The notes under the pieces were generated by a model. That model saw only the letters and a program-made list of their open reading frames with translations, did no database searches and was not told where the DNA came from. Shown piece by piece: positions 50,163-59,239 of a stretch of DNA of 64,000 nt (position 1 is the first letter of the stretch; each line of letters begins with the position of its first letter). The translations under genes and the position numbers were made by a program. Location: NCBI GenBank assembly GCA_016182965.1, contig JACPFM010000075.1, positions 4,687 through 68,686 on the forward strand, written 5' to 3'. The stretch is from Deltaproteobacteria bacterium. GTDB taxonomy: Bacteria; Myxococcota_A; Polyangia; Polyangiales; JADJMO01.

Positions 50163-52466
50163 ATGCGCAGCTTCTCTTGCCTTGGCATTGGCCTTCTGCT
50201 GACCGCGTTGACCGGGTGTGGCGGCGATTCGTCGGGCACCGGTGAGGCCGACACCGGCGAGGGCATCGCCGATACCGGCGGCGACGACACCGGCGCAGTG
50301 GTCGAGACCGGAACACCCGAGGACACGGGGGCGATCGACGACACGGGCGCGGTCGAGGACACCGGGGTGGCAGAGACGGAGGCCGACGCCGCCGACGCCG
50401 ACGAGGCGGGCGAGGCCTCGGCCGAGGCCGGCGAGGCCGGCGAGGACGCCGATGGCGGCGAGACCTGCGCGAAGACCGTGTGCACCACGACGGCCGGTGC
50501 GGTCTGCGTCGACACCACGTCCGACCCCGCGCACTGCGGCGCGTGCGGCAACGCATGCACCACGCCGGCCAACGCGTCTGCCACGTGCGCGTCGTCCTCC
50601 TGCGGGTTCGCCTGCAACACCGGCTACGGCGACTGCAACGGCAACGTGACCGACGGCTGCGAGAAGAGCCTGACCGACGATCCGGCCCACTGCGGGGCGT
50701 GCGGCACGGTGTGCGCGCTCGCGAACGTGGCGACCCACGGCTGCACGAGCGCCGGCTGCACGATCGCGACCTGCACCACGGACCATGCCGACTGCGACAC
50801 GACGGCGGCGAACGGCTGCGAGTCGAACCTCCCGACCGATCCGAACAACTGCGGCGCGTGCGGCAACAAGTGCACCCTCGCGCACGCCACCCCGAAGTGC
50901 GTGTCGAGCAAGTGCGAGATCGCTTCGTGCGACGCCGGGTACGTCGACCTCGACAAGAACCCGGCGAACGGCTGCGAGTACTCGTGCACGTCGAGCACCG
51001 GCGACGACAAGCCCGACGACGGCTTCGGCGACACGAACTGCGACGGCATCGACGGCGACCTCACCAAGGCGGTCTTCGTCTCCCCGACCGGCGACGACAC
51101 GACCGGCGACGGCACGATGACCAAGCCGTACCGCACGCTGACCAAGGCGATCACGGTGGCCGCGACCGCGAGCAAGGACGTGTACGCGGACAAGGGCGTG
51201 TACGTCGACACGTCCGTCAACCTCGCCGACGGCGTGGGCGTCTACGGCGGATACGACAGCACGACGCCGTTCAGCGGCGCACCTGCCGGGTACTGGGGCC
51301 GCGGCGCGGCCAACGTCTCGAAGATCACGGGCGGCACCCTCGCGGTCGCGGCCGTGGGCCTGACGAAGCCCACGATGCTCGATCTCTTCACCATCACGTC
51401 CGCGAACGGCTCCACACTGCCGAGCGGCGAGGGCGAACCGAGCGTCGGCGTGCTCGTGAGCAGCAGCGGCACTTACTTCACGCTGCGCGGATCGACGGTG
51501 ATCGCGGGGAATGGCGGGAACGGGACGGACGGCGCGTCGGCGACGAGCGGGGCGACAGGCTCGTCGGGGACGGCCGGGCAGGACGGACGGAGCAACGGGT
51601 CGGGTGGAGGATGCGGGAATAACGCCGCACCCGTGGCAGGCACCGCCGGCGTCGGTGGATGCGGCAACGCGGGCGCCGCCGGCGGCGCGGCCGGCCAGGG
51701 GACGGGTGGGGGCACGGCCGGCGCCACCGCGACCGGCGGCGCCACCGGTGGGCCGGGCGGTGCCGGAGCCGGGGCGTGTCCGGGCACCAGCGCGAGGGCC
51801 GGCGACGGAACCGTGGGCACCGCCGGTGCGAGCGGTGCCGCGGGTGCGCATGGCTTCGGGGGCAACGCTACCGGCAAGATCGTCGGCGGGCTTTGGGTCG
51901 CTTCGAGTGGCACCGATGGCGCCGTCGGCGTGATCGGCGGCGGCGGCGGCGGGGGCGGTGGTGGAGGCGGCGGCACTTCGGCGGGGACGGGCGGCGGCTG
52001 CTGCAACGCCTATGGCGGCGCCGGCGGTGGCGGTGGCGGCGGCGGCTGTGGTGGCGGCGCAGGTAAGGCCGGCAAGGGCGGCGGCGCTTCGTTCGCGCTC
52101 CTCGTCATCGGCTCCGACGTGACCATCGACAAGGTGAAGCTCACGAGCGGCAACGGCGGCGCGGGCGGCGCTGGCACCAACGGCGGTGCGGGGGGCGGCG
52201 GCGGCGCGGGCGGCGCGGGCGGCTCCGCGATCAACAACAGCGGCAAGGGCGGCGGCGGTGGCGTGGGCGGCAAAGGTGGCGACGGCGGCAACGGCGGCGG
52301 CGGCGGCGGCGGCCCGTCGATCGTCATCGCACGCAGCGGCACTTCGGTCATCACCCGGGTCGGCACGAGCACTTTCACCATCGGCGCGCGCGGCGCCGCT
52401 GGCAGCGGCTTCGTTCCCTCGCCGTCCAAGGACGGCGAGCGGGCCGAGGAGATGTCACTGCCCTGA
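50163..52466 (+). CDS. large surface lipoprotein: acidic DTG repeats, 3-4 Cys-rich DPAHCGACG repeats, a beta-helix-like region, and Gly-rich GGAGG repeats
   Basis: LLLTALTGCGG lipobox. Repeats DPAHCGACGNAC..C..SSCGF.C..GY.DC...GCE. TKAVFVSPTGDDTTGDGTMTKPYRTLTKAI is a typical parallel beta-helix N-cap. The C-terminal 300 aa are dominated by G(G/A)xGG tracts. Confidence 0.75.
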   Translation: MRSFSCLGIGLLLTALTGCGGDSSGTGEADTGEGIADTGGDDTGAVVETGTPEDTGAIDDTGAVEDTGVAETEADAADADEAGEASAEAGEAGEDADGGETCAKTVCTTTAGAVCVDTTSDPAHCGACGNACTTPANASATCASSSCGFACNTGYGDCNGNVTDGCEKSLTDDPAHCGACGTVCALANVATHGCTSAGCTIATCTTDHADCDTTAANGCESNLPTDPNNCGACGNKCTLAHATPKCVSSKCEIASCDAGYVDLDKNPANGCEYSCTSSTGDDKPDDGFGDTNCDGIDGDLTKAVFVSPTGDDTTGDGTMTKPYRTLTKAITVAATASKDVYADKGVYVDTSVNLADGVGVYGGYDSTTPFSGAPAGYWGRGAANVSKITGGTLAVAAVGLTKPTMLDLFTITSANGSTLPSGEGEPSVGVLVSSSGTYFTLRGSTVIAGNGGNGTDGASATSGATGSSGTAGQDGRSNGSGGGCGNNAAPVAGTAGVGGCGNAGAAGGAAGQGTGGGTAGATATGGATGGPGGAGAGACPGTSARAGDGTVGTAGASGAAGAHGFGGNATGKIVGGLWVASSGTDGAVGVIGGGGGGGGGGGGGTSAGTGGGCCNAYGGAGGGGGGGGCGGGAGKAGKGGGASFALLVIGSDVTIDKVKLTSGNGGAGGAGTNGGAGGGGGAGGAGGSAINNSGKGGGGGVGGKGGDGGNGGGGGGGPSIVIARSGTSVITRVGTSTFTIGARGAAGSGFVPSPSKDGERAEEMSLP

Positions 52467-52506
52467 GACCAGACCTCGAGGAGATGTCCAAACGGTGCGC
52501 CGCCGG

Positions 52507-52782
52507 TCACCAGGCGACGGTGACCGGCGTGTTCGCAAATGTCTTGGTGAAGCCGTCGCCGAGTTCACCGTCCCAATTGATGCCGGCGGCCTTCATGCCG
52601 TCTGCGTACCAGACGAGCGTATGCGTATCGGCCCCTTTGAAGCCGACGATCGCCGGTGGAAACTTCGAGGGTACGGGCGCGAAGCGATCGACGAACGCAC
52701 CGTCGGCGAGCTGCCCCTCGGTGCCTTGTCCCCAACACCAAAGGGTGTCTCGTCGGCCGAACGCGCGCTCTGAGACGACTCG
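52507..52782 (-). pseudogene. RCC1-repeat gene fragment with no usable start codon
   Basis: DTLWCWGQGTEGQLADG...THTLVWYADGMKAAGINWDGELGDG are RCC1/beta-propeller blade signatures. The frame is bounded upstream by the 5'-nucleotidase gene end and contains no ATG or GTG. Confidence 0.4.
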
Positions 52783-52784
52783 CT

Positions 52785-54512
52785 TCAGTCGATCTTCACG
52801 TTCTTCGGCGCGCCGTCGCAGCCCTGCGCTTCCAGCTGCGGCAGCGCCGCCGCGTACAGATCGCGGATGCGCACCGGCGAGGTGCGCGTCGCGCTGCACG
52901 TCACGCCCTCGAGGAAGGCGTCGCCGCCGTAGAGGAGGAAGTCGGGCATGACGATGACCACCTCGTCCTTCGCCGGACCCTCGAAGAGGTTGATCGCGTC
53001 GAGCACCAGCGGCACGTCCTTGGTGCGGTGCGCGCGGAGTTCGGCGCCGGCGATGCCGAAGGGGAATCGATCGCGTGTGGAGACCTTCTTCGCCATGTTG
53101 CCGAGCGCGCGCTCGAGACCGGCGCGCGTGGTGGTGCAGGTCGACAGCGCGTTCTCGAACGGCAGCACGGCGAACAGATCGCGGTTGCGCACCGGGCCGG
53201 CGAGGATCGGCGCGCGGATGCCGCCGGAGTTCACCACCGCCACGGCCGCGGCGTCCTTCGAGACGAGCCCCTCCTTGCGGGAGCGTTCGAGCATGGCGCG
53301 CGCGATCGACTCGGCGAGCGCGGTGCCGTTCGCCGACTGCGGCAGGCAGATGCGCGGGACCTTGGCGATGACGCGGTCGGCCTCGACGCGCACCGAGTCG
53401 ATCCACGGGCGCACGGCGGCGGCCACGCGCTTGCCGAGATCGCTCCGGGGCGGATCGCTGGCGAACGCGACGTGGCGCTCGAGGGTGTGCATCGACATCC
53501 TGCCATCACTGCCACGACAGAAGCGCGTCTCGGCGTAGCCGACGCCGTGCTGATCGCTCGACACCACCGGCACGCCGCGCACCCGCCCGAGCATCCACGC
53601 GTGCCGGTGACCGGCCACGACCAGGTCGGGCAGATCGGCGCCGAGCCCGTCGAGGAGCGAGGCGATCTCGCCCTGGTGCTTGTCGCCGCGCGGATCCTTC
53701 GGATTGTCGAGATCCTGCGGCAGCTCCCCCTCGATCGACGCGTGCGCGACGAGGATGATCGGCGAGGCGCCGGCCGCGCGCGCCGCGCGGATGCTCTCGC
53801 CCACGTACGGTGCGCCCTCGTCGAACGAGAGGCCGTCGACGTTCGGCTTGAGCGTCGTGGTCGGCGTCTCGCGCGTCGAGTAGCCGACCACGCCGACCCG
53901 GAACCCGCCGCGCTCGACGAGCGTCCACGCGCGCGCGTGCGGCCACGCGGGCGAGCCGCTCGCGGAGGTGCGCAGGTTCGCCGAGAGGAAGGAGAACTTC
54001 GCGTCGGCGATGCGCGCGAGCAGCGCGCCGCGCGGGCCCTCGGGGCCGTCGGCGTCGGTCTTGTTCGGCTGCGCGACGACGCGCTCGTAGCCGACCGGGC
54101 CGAAGTCGAACTCGTGGTTGCCGATGGCCGCCGCGTCGACGCCGAGGACCGCGTAGGCGGCGATGACCGGCGCACCCTCGGACATCGTGCTCTCCATCGG
54201 CCCGGTGAACAGATCACCCGCGTCGACCACGAAGACCGGCTCACCATGCTTGCGGACAGCATCGACGTGATCGGCGAGCGCGATGACGCCGCCCGCCGGC
54301 ACGCGCCCGGTGTCGATGAAGGCCTCGTCTGCCCCGAGCTGCCCGTGCAGGTCGTTCCACGAAATCACGCGCAGACACTGCTCGGTCGCGGCGACCTGCG
54401 GAGGCGAAGCGGCGGGCGGGCAGCCGGAGGCGAGGGCGAGCGTCGCGGAGAGAGCGAGGAGTCGACGCGCCACGGCCCAGGAGGCTAGCGCACCGCGGCG
54501 TCGCTTTCCCAC
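52785..54512 (-). CDS. bifunctional metallophosphatase/5'-nucleotidase lipoprotein (UshA-like)
   Basis: LALASGC lipobox. Motifs NDLHG, DAGD, GNHEFDFG, and a C-terminal 5'-nucleotidase domain. Confidence 0.85.
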   Translation of the reverse strand: MGKRRRGALASWAVARRLLALSATLALASGCPPAASPPQVAATEQCLRVISWNDLHGQLGADEAFIDTGRVPAGGVIALADHVDAVRKHGEPVFVVDAGDLFTGPMESTMSEGAPVIAAYAVLGVDAAAIGNHEFDFGPVGYERVVAQPNKTDADGPEGPRGALLARIADAKFSFLSANLRTSASGSPAWPHARAWTLVERGGFRVGVVGYSTRETPTTTLKPNVDGLSFDEGAPYVGESIRAARAAGASPIILVAHASIEGELPQDLDNPKDPRGDKHQGEIASLLDGLGADLPDLVVAGHRHAWMLGRVRGVPVVSSDQHGVGYAETRFCRGSDGRMSMHTLERHVAFASDPPRSDLGKRVAAAVRPWIDSVRVEADRVIAKVPRICLPQSANGTALAESIARAMLERSRKEGLVSKDAAAVAVVNSGGIRAPILAGPVRNRDLFAVLPFENALSTCTTTRAGLERALGNMAKKVSTRDRFPFGIAGAELRAHRTKDVPLVLDAINLFEGPAKDEVVIVMPDFLLYGGDAFLEGVTCSATRTSPVRIRDLYAAALPQLEAQGCDGAPKNVKID

Positions 54513-54570
54513 TGGAGTGGACCACGCTCAGGGGTGACCCCAAACATCCATCGTGGTAACCGGCCCGACC

Positions 54571-55989
54571 ATGAGCGAGAAGGCGACGAGGAGCTACGAC
54601 GCGGTGGTGATCGGCGGCGGCCCGGGCGGCTACACGTGCGCCATCCGGCTCGGTCAGCTCAAGGTGAAGACCTTGTGCATCGAGAAGGAGGAGGTCGGCG
54701 GCGTGTGCCTGAACTGGGGCTGCATCCCGAGCAAGGCGCTCATCGCGAACGCCCACACGTTCGAGAAGATCAAGCACGGCGCCTCCACCGGCATCATGGT
54801 GGCCGAGCCCAAGCTCGACGTTGCCAAGATGCAGGAGTGGAAGAACGGCATCGTCAAGAAGCTCACCGGCGGCGTCCGCCAGCTCATCAAGGGCAACGGC
54901 TCCGAGCACCTCTACGGCACCGCGAAGATCGTCGGGAAGAACCGCATCGAGGTCCAGACCCGCGAGGGCGGCAAGGAGATCATCGAGGCGAAGAACATCG
55001 TCGTCGCCACGGGCGCCACGACGATCGAGATCCCCACCTTCAAGTTCGACGGCAAGTCGATCATCGGCGCGCGCGAGGCGGTCTCGCTGCAGGAGATCCC
55101 CAAGCGCCTGCTGGTCATCGGCGGCGGCGTCATCGGCCTCGAGCTCGGGTGCGTCTACCAGTCGTTCGGCGCGCAGCTCACGGTCGTCGAGGCGACGCCG
55201 GGCCTGCTCCCCGGCACCGATCCCGACTGCACCGCGGTCCTCGAGCGCCGCATGACCAAGAAGGGCGCGAAGATCTACAAGAACGCCAAGGCCATGGGCT
55301 ACGAGAAGACCGCCAACGGTCTCGCGGTGAAGCTCGACCTCGGCGGCGGCAAGGCCGAGACGGTCGAGACCGACGTGGTCCTCGTCGCGGTCGGCATGCG
55401 CCCGAACGGCAAGGGCCTCGGCCTCGAGGAGATCGGCGTCAAGGTCGACGAGCGCGGCTTCGTCCCAAGCGACAAGCTGTGTCGCACGAACGTGCCGAAC
55501 GTCTACTCGATCGGCGACGTCTCGCAGCCGCCGCTCCTCGCGCACAAGGCGGTGAAGGAGGGCGAGATCGCCGCCGAGGTGATCGCCGGCCACAAGGCCG
55601 AGCGCGACTGGGTCTCCATCGCCGGCGCGATCTTCACCGATCCCGAGATCGCCTCCGTCGGCATGACCGAGGCGCAGGCGAAGGAGAAGGGCATCGAGGT
55701 CCGCGTCGGCAAGATGCCGTTCGCCGCCAGCGGCCGTGCGATGGCCGTGCAGGAGACCGACGGCTTCATCAAGACCGTGATCGACGCGAAGAGCCACCAG
55801 GTGCTCGGCGTGCACATCGTCGGGCCGTCGGCGTCGGACCTGATCAGCGAGGCCGCGCTCGCGGTCGAGATGGCGGCGTTCGCCGAGGACATGGCGCTGA
55901 CCATCCACCCGCACCCGACGCTGGGCGAGGCGATGATGATCTCGGCGCAGCACTCGATCGGCATCGCGGTCGACATCATGAATCGCTGA
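54571..55989 (+). CDS. lpdA: dihydrolipoyl dehydrogenase
   Basis: GGGPGGY FAD motif, redox-active GGVCLNWGCIPSK, GGGVIGLE NAD motif, and C-terminal HPHPTLGE. Confidence 0.9.
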   Translation: MSEKATRSYDAVVIGGGPGGYTCAIRLGQLKVKTLCIEKEEVGGVCLNWGCIPSKALIANAHTFEKIKHGASTGIMVAEPKLDVAKMQEWKNGIVKKLTGGVRQLIKGNGSEHLYGTAKIVGKNRIEVQTREGGKEIIEAKNIVVATGATTIEIPTFKFDGKSIIGAREAVSLQEIPKRLLVIGGGVIGLELGCVYQSFGAQLTVVEATPGLLPGTDPDCTAVLERRMTKKGAKIYKNAKAMGYEKTANGLAVKLDLGGGKAETVETDVVLVAVGMRPNGKGLGLEEIGVKVDERGFVPSDKLCRTNVPNVYSIGDVSQPPLLAHKAVKEGEIAAEVIAGHKAERDWVSIAGAIFTDPEIASVGMTEAQAKEKGIEVRVGKMPFAASGRAMAVQETDGFIKTVIDAKSHQVLGVHIVGPSASDLISEAALAVEMAAFAEDMALTIHPHPTLGEAMMISAQHSIGIAVDIMNR

Positions 55990-56040
55990 GGGCGTGTCGA
56001 TTCCGGGGCGCCCTCGCCGCTCGACTTGGCGTCTGGGCTT

Positions 56041-56140
56041 GGTCGTCAGTCGTCAGTCGTCAGTCGTCAGTCAGAGAGAGACCGAGAACGGCTGCTCTCT
56101 CGTCTCGGGCTGACGACTGACGACTGATGACTGATGACCC
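56041..56140 (+). repeat. long imperfect stem-loop: (GTCGTCA)4 arm, central GAGAGAG/CTCTCTC segment, (TGACGAC)2(TGATGAC)2 arm
   Basis: Direct reading. It starts 52 nt after the lpdA stop. The two TGATGAC units retain pairing as G-U only in the plus-strand RNA. Confidence 0.85.
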
Positions 56141-56322
56141 ATCCTGCGCGAGCAGCGACACGGCGGATCTCCGCGAGCGGCGACCGACCCGTCACGCACG
56201 TGTGACACTGGCACGCGGACGCGAACGCTCCGCGACGACCGGCAGCGGCGAAACCGCGAGAAATCTCGCACGGGAGCTCGCGGCTCGCCGCTTGCTTCGT
56301 CCAGTGGCGGAGGAAAACTTCG

Positions 56323-56553
56323 ATGACGCTGTTCCGCTGGACCGTGGTGCTGACCCTGACGATCGCCGGTTCCACCACGCCGTCGACCGCTGCGGCGCCA
56401 GCCTCGGCTCCGGCTCCGGCGAGGCATGCGTCCAAGGAGGCCTCCGCGTCCCCGCGCGTCGAGCGTCCGGCGGACCTCGAGGCGCGCGTCGAGCTCGGCC
56501 CCGCGGTCGTCTACATCTTCGACGAGGCGGGGCACGTCGTCTCGGTCGAGTGA
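56323..56553 (+). CDS. small secreted protein (76 aa)
   Basis: GGAGGAAAA precedes the ATG. Signal-like MTLFRWTVVLTLTIAGS. Confidence 0.45.
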   Translation: MTLFRWTVVLTLTIAGSTTPSTAAAPASAPAPARHASKEASASPRVERPADLEARVELGPAVVYIFDEAGHVVSVE

Positions 56554-56890
56554 CGGCGCGTGGGTCGAAGGCAAGGGGTCGAAGACGGGTTCGCGGGCTT
56601 CGTCATGGACTCGGCGTGCTCGCTCTGCATGGTGTCCCCTCGGTCGGACGCTTGGTCGGACCTTCGGTCACCAGCAGCGACCGTGCCGCGCGACGGGCTG
56701 GCCGCCGGCGTGCGGCACGCTGTGTCGCCGGCGAAACGGACGAGGCGCCGCGGCGGGCGCGAGCGATGGAGCGCCTGCGCCAGATCCGCAGACGGTGCGC
56801 CCGAGTTGCACGGCTGCGTGCGACGCCTTGGCCGCGCGGGGAGCCGCAACCCGGCGGCGGTGGAGCAGCACGATCGAGCTGGGCCTGAGG

Positions 56891-57934
56891 CTACTCCTCC
56901 GCGCCTCCAAGCCCGTGTTGCTCCCGTCCCGGCTTGCCGTCGTAGCCCGTCGTGGACTTGTACAGCTCGTACCGGCCGTCGCGCGCGTGCTTCCGCATGC
57001 GCTCGCGGAGCGACGTCATCTCTTCCTTCGTCATCGGCTTCAGCTCGCGCGCGATGCGGAGGTTCTGCTCGAGGACGTGCACCGAGTCGATGCCGCTCAC
57101 CACGCTCGCGACGGGCAGCGAGAGCGTGTAGCGGAGCGCCTCCTCCGGGCTGATCACGCCGGCCTTCACCGCCTCGCCGCCGCCCGACAGCGCCTTCATC
57201 CCGAGGACGCCGAGGCCCCGCTCCCGGGCGCGCGGCAGGACCTTCTGCTCGAACGACCGGAAGCTCGCGTCGAAGACGTTGAGGGGCATCTGCAACGTGT
57301 CGAAGGGAAAGCCCTTGTCGATCATCGCGAGGAGCAGCGACGGGTCCTTGTGGCCGGTGAAGCCGACGAAGCGCGCCTTGCCCTGCTTCTTGGCGAGCGC
57401 CACGCCCTCGAGCACGCCCTCGGTCGCGTAGTGGCGGTCGGGATCGTCGTCGTAGATGACCTCGTGCACCTGCCAGAGATCGAGGTGGTCGGTCCTCAGG
57501 CGCTTCAACGATTGCTCGAGCTGCTTCATCGCCTCGGCCCTGCCGCGCCCGTGCGTGCAGACCTTGGTCATGACGAACGCCTGCTGGCGCTTGCCGACGA
57601 GCGCCTTGCCGAGCCACTCCTCCGACTTGCCGTCGTGGTACTCCCACGCGTTGTCGAAGAAGGTCATCCCCGCGTCGATCGAGGCGTGCACCACCCGCTT
57701 CGCCTCGTCCTCGTCCTTCAGCACCCCGAGGTGGTAGCCGCCGAGCGCGAGGATGGAGACCTCGACGCCGGTCTTGCCGAGCGCGCGTCGCGGCAGCTTG
57801 CCGGGCACCGCGATCGTCGGGGCGGCTGCCGCGCTCTCGGACGGGAGGACGAGGCTGGCGGCCGCGCCGGCGAAGACGCCGAGGCTGCGAAGAACGTCTC
57901 GTCGAGACTCGTCGGGACCACGTGCGCGCGCCAT
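56891..57934 (-). CDS. aldo/keto reductase with a Tat signal peptide
   Basis: SRRDVLRSLGVFAGAAA. AKR motifs: LGKTGVEVSILALGG, FFDNAWEY, DLWQVHE. Confidence 0.85.
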   Translation of the reverse strand: MARARGPDESRRDVLRSLGVFAGAAASLVLPSESAAAAPTIAVPGKLPRRALGKTGVEVSILALGGYHLGVLKDEDEAKRVVHASIDAGMTFFDNAWEYHDGKSEEWLGKALVGKRQQAFVMTKVCTHGRGRAEAMKQLEQSLKRLRTDHLDLWQVHEVIYDDDPDRHYATEGVLEGVALAKKQGKARFVGFTGHKDPSLLLAMIDKGFPFDTLQMPLNVFDASFRSFEQKVLPRARERGLGVLGMKALSGGGEAVKAGVISPEEALRYTLSLPVASVVSGIDSVHVLEQNLRIARELKPMTKEEMTSLRERMRKHARDGRYELYKSTTGYDGKPGREQHGLGGAEE

Positions 57935-57962
57935 GCTCGACGAGAGAGCAAGGCGGCGGCCA

Positions 57963-58700
57963 TCAAACGGCCGCGATGGCGGAGGGATCTTCGCCGATCA
58001 TGCGCAGGTACGCGTGCGCGCTGGCCAGCATGATCACCGGCAGCGCGACGAGCACGCCGACGCCGAGTGCGAGCAGACCGAGCAAGAGCACGAGCCCGCT
58101 CGCGAAGCCGAGGCCGAGGAGCCTGAGGCGCAGGCCGCGCGTGGTCCGAAAGCTCAGCCCCAGCGACTCGACGGCGGAGGCGCGCCGATCGGCGACGAGC
58201 CAGAGCGCGTTCGACAGGGCGAGCGACACGACGATCCCGGGGACGATCAGGGCGATCATCGATACGAGTGTGGCGAAGAGGACGAGCAGGCTCGCGCCGG
58301 TCATCGACAGCAACGCGTCGCCGCCCGAGCAGAGCATCGACGCACGCACCTCCTCGCCGCGCGCGGCGGCGAGGTAGACCCGGTAGAGGCCGACGCTGAC
58401 GAACGAGCCGACCAGCAGGTTCGCGACATGCGGGAGCACGGCGACCGCAGCCACGAGCGGCAGAGGTTCGCCCGATACCGCCATCGCGAGCACGCCTCCC
58501 GCGGCGCCGCTCATCCAATCGAAGCCGAAGATCAGCGCGTACCCGAGCACGGTCGAGGCGCTGAGCGCGAAGCCCTGGCGCTTGTACGAGCGCCACGCCG
58601 CGCCGAGGACCTCACCGGCGGTGAAGGCGCGCGCAGGACGAATCGGGACTGCGGTTGCGGTGGGAGCGGAGGGAGGAGCGTAGAGATGGGCGACGTTCAT
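57963..58700 (-). CDS. integral membrane protein (5-6 TM), unknown function
   Basis: Hydrophobic helices from the ATG at 58700. Good GC3. Confidence 0.55.
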   Translation of the reverse strand: MNVAHLYAPPSAPTATAVPIRPARAFTAGEVLGAAWRSYKRQGFALSASTVLGYALIFGFDWMSGAAGGVLAMAVSGEPLPLVAAVAVLPHVANLLVGSFVSVGLYRVYLAAARGEEVRASMLCSGGDALLSMTGASLLVLFATLVSMIALIVPGIVVSLALSNALWLVADRRASAVESLGLSFRTTRGLRLRLLGLGFASGLVLLLGLLALGVGVLVALPVIMLASAHAYLRMIGEDPSAIAAV

Positions 58701-58811
58701 GCAGACTGGTCGACCGCCGCTCGCCGCCGGTTGCGCGCGAGCCTCATCGAAGTTCTGGCTGCGCCGCCCCTCGGGGCGGTGCGGGCCGCCGGCGTGCCAA
58801 CCTGTGCGCGC

Positions 58812-59081
58812 ATGTCGCTCGGGGCGCGAGACACCCGTCCGGTCATCGAGGAGCGCCTGCTGCAGCTCTACCGGGCGATGACGCCCGAGCAAAGAGCGGC
58901 CCGCGTGTTCGTCCTCACGCGCACGACGCGCACGGCCCGTCAGCTGTCCGCTGCGCGCATCCGGCGCGACCACCCGGAGCTGTCCGACCGCGAGGTCGAG
59001 GCGCGCGTCGCTGCCCTGGCGTACGGCCGCGATCTCGTCCGGCGGGCGACGGGGATCGACCCCGGTCCGGAATACGAATGA
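58812..59081 (+). CDS. small helical protein (89 aa), possible antitoxin-like partner of the downstream nucleotidyltransferase remnant
   Basis: IEERLLQLYRAMTPEQRAARVFVLTRTTRTARQLSAARIRRDHPELSDREVEARVAALAYG. ATGA overlap with the next ORF. Confidence 0.4.
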   Translation: MSLGARDTRPVIEERLLQLYRAMTPEQRAARVFVLTRTTRTARQLSAARIRRDHPELSDREVEARVAALAYGRDLVRRATGIDPGPEYE

Positions 59082-59227
59082 GCTCGTTCGAGCAGGGCGA
59101 CGCGCTCGCCGCGGTGCTCCGGGTCGGCGCGGCGCTCGATGAGCTCGGCGTCACCTACGCGGTGGGCGGCTCGTTCGCGAGCTCGGTCCAAGGCGTGTTC
59201 CGAACGACGAACGACGTCGACGTGCGC
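59078..59227 (+). pseudogene. truncated nucleotidyltransferase-fold gene (N-terminal 50 codons only)
   Basis: LGVTYAVGGSFASSVQGVFRTTNDVDV is the GS...D.D NTase motif. The frame then degenerates into Arg-rich sequence overlapped by a well-supported minus-strand gene. Confidence 0.4.
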
Positions 59228-59239
59228 GGGCCATCGGGT

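Noticed and set aside
51473-52510. Minus-strand ORFs encoding poly-Pro/Ala proteins (177 aa and 166 aa)
   Set aside because: They are the reverse complement of the Gly-rich (GGC) repeats of the plus-strand lipoprotein gene. They have no start context or signal peptide.
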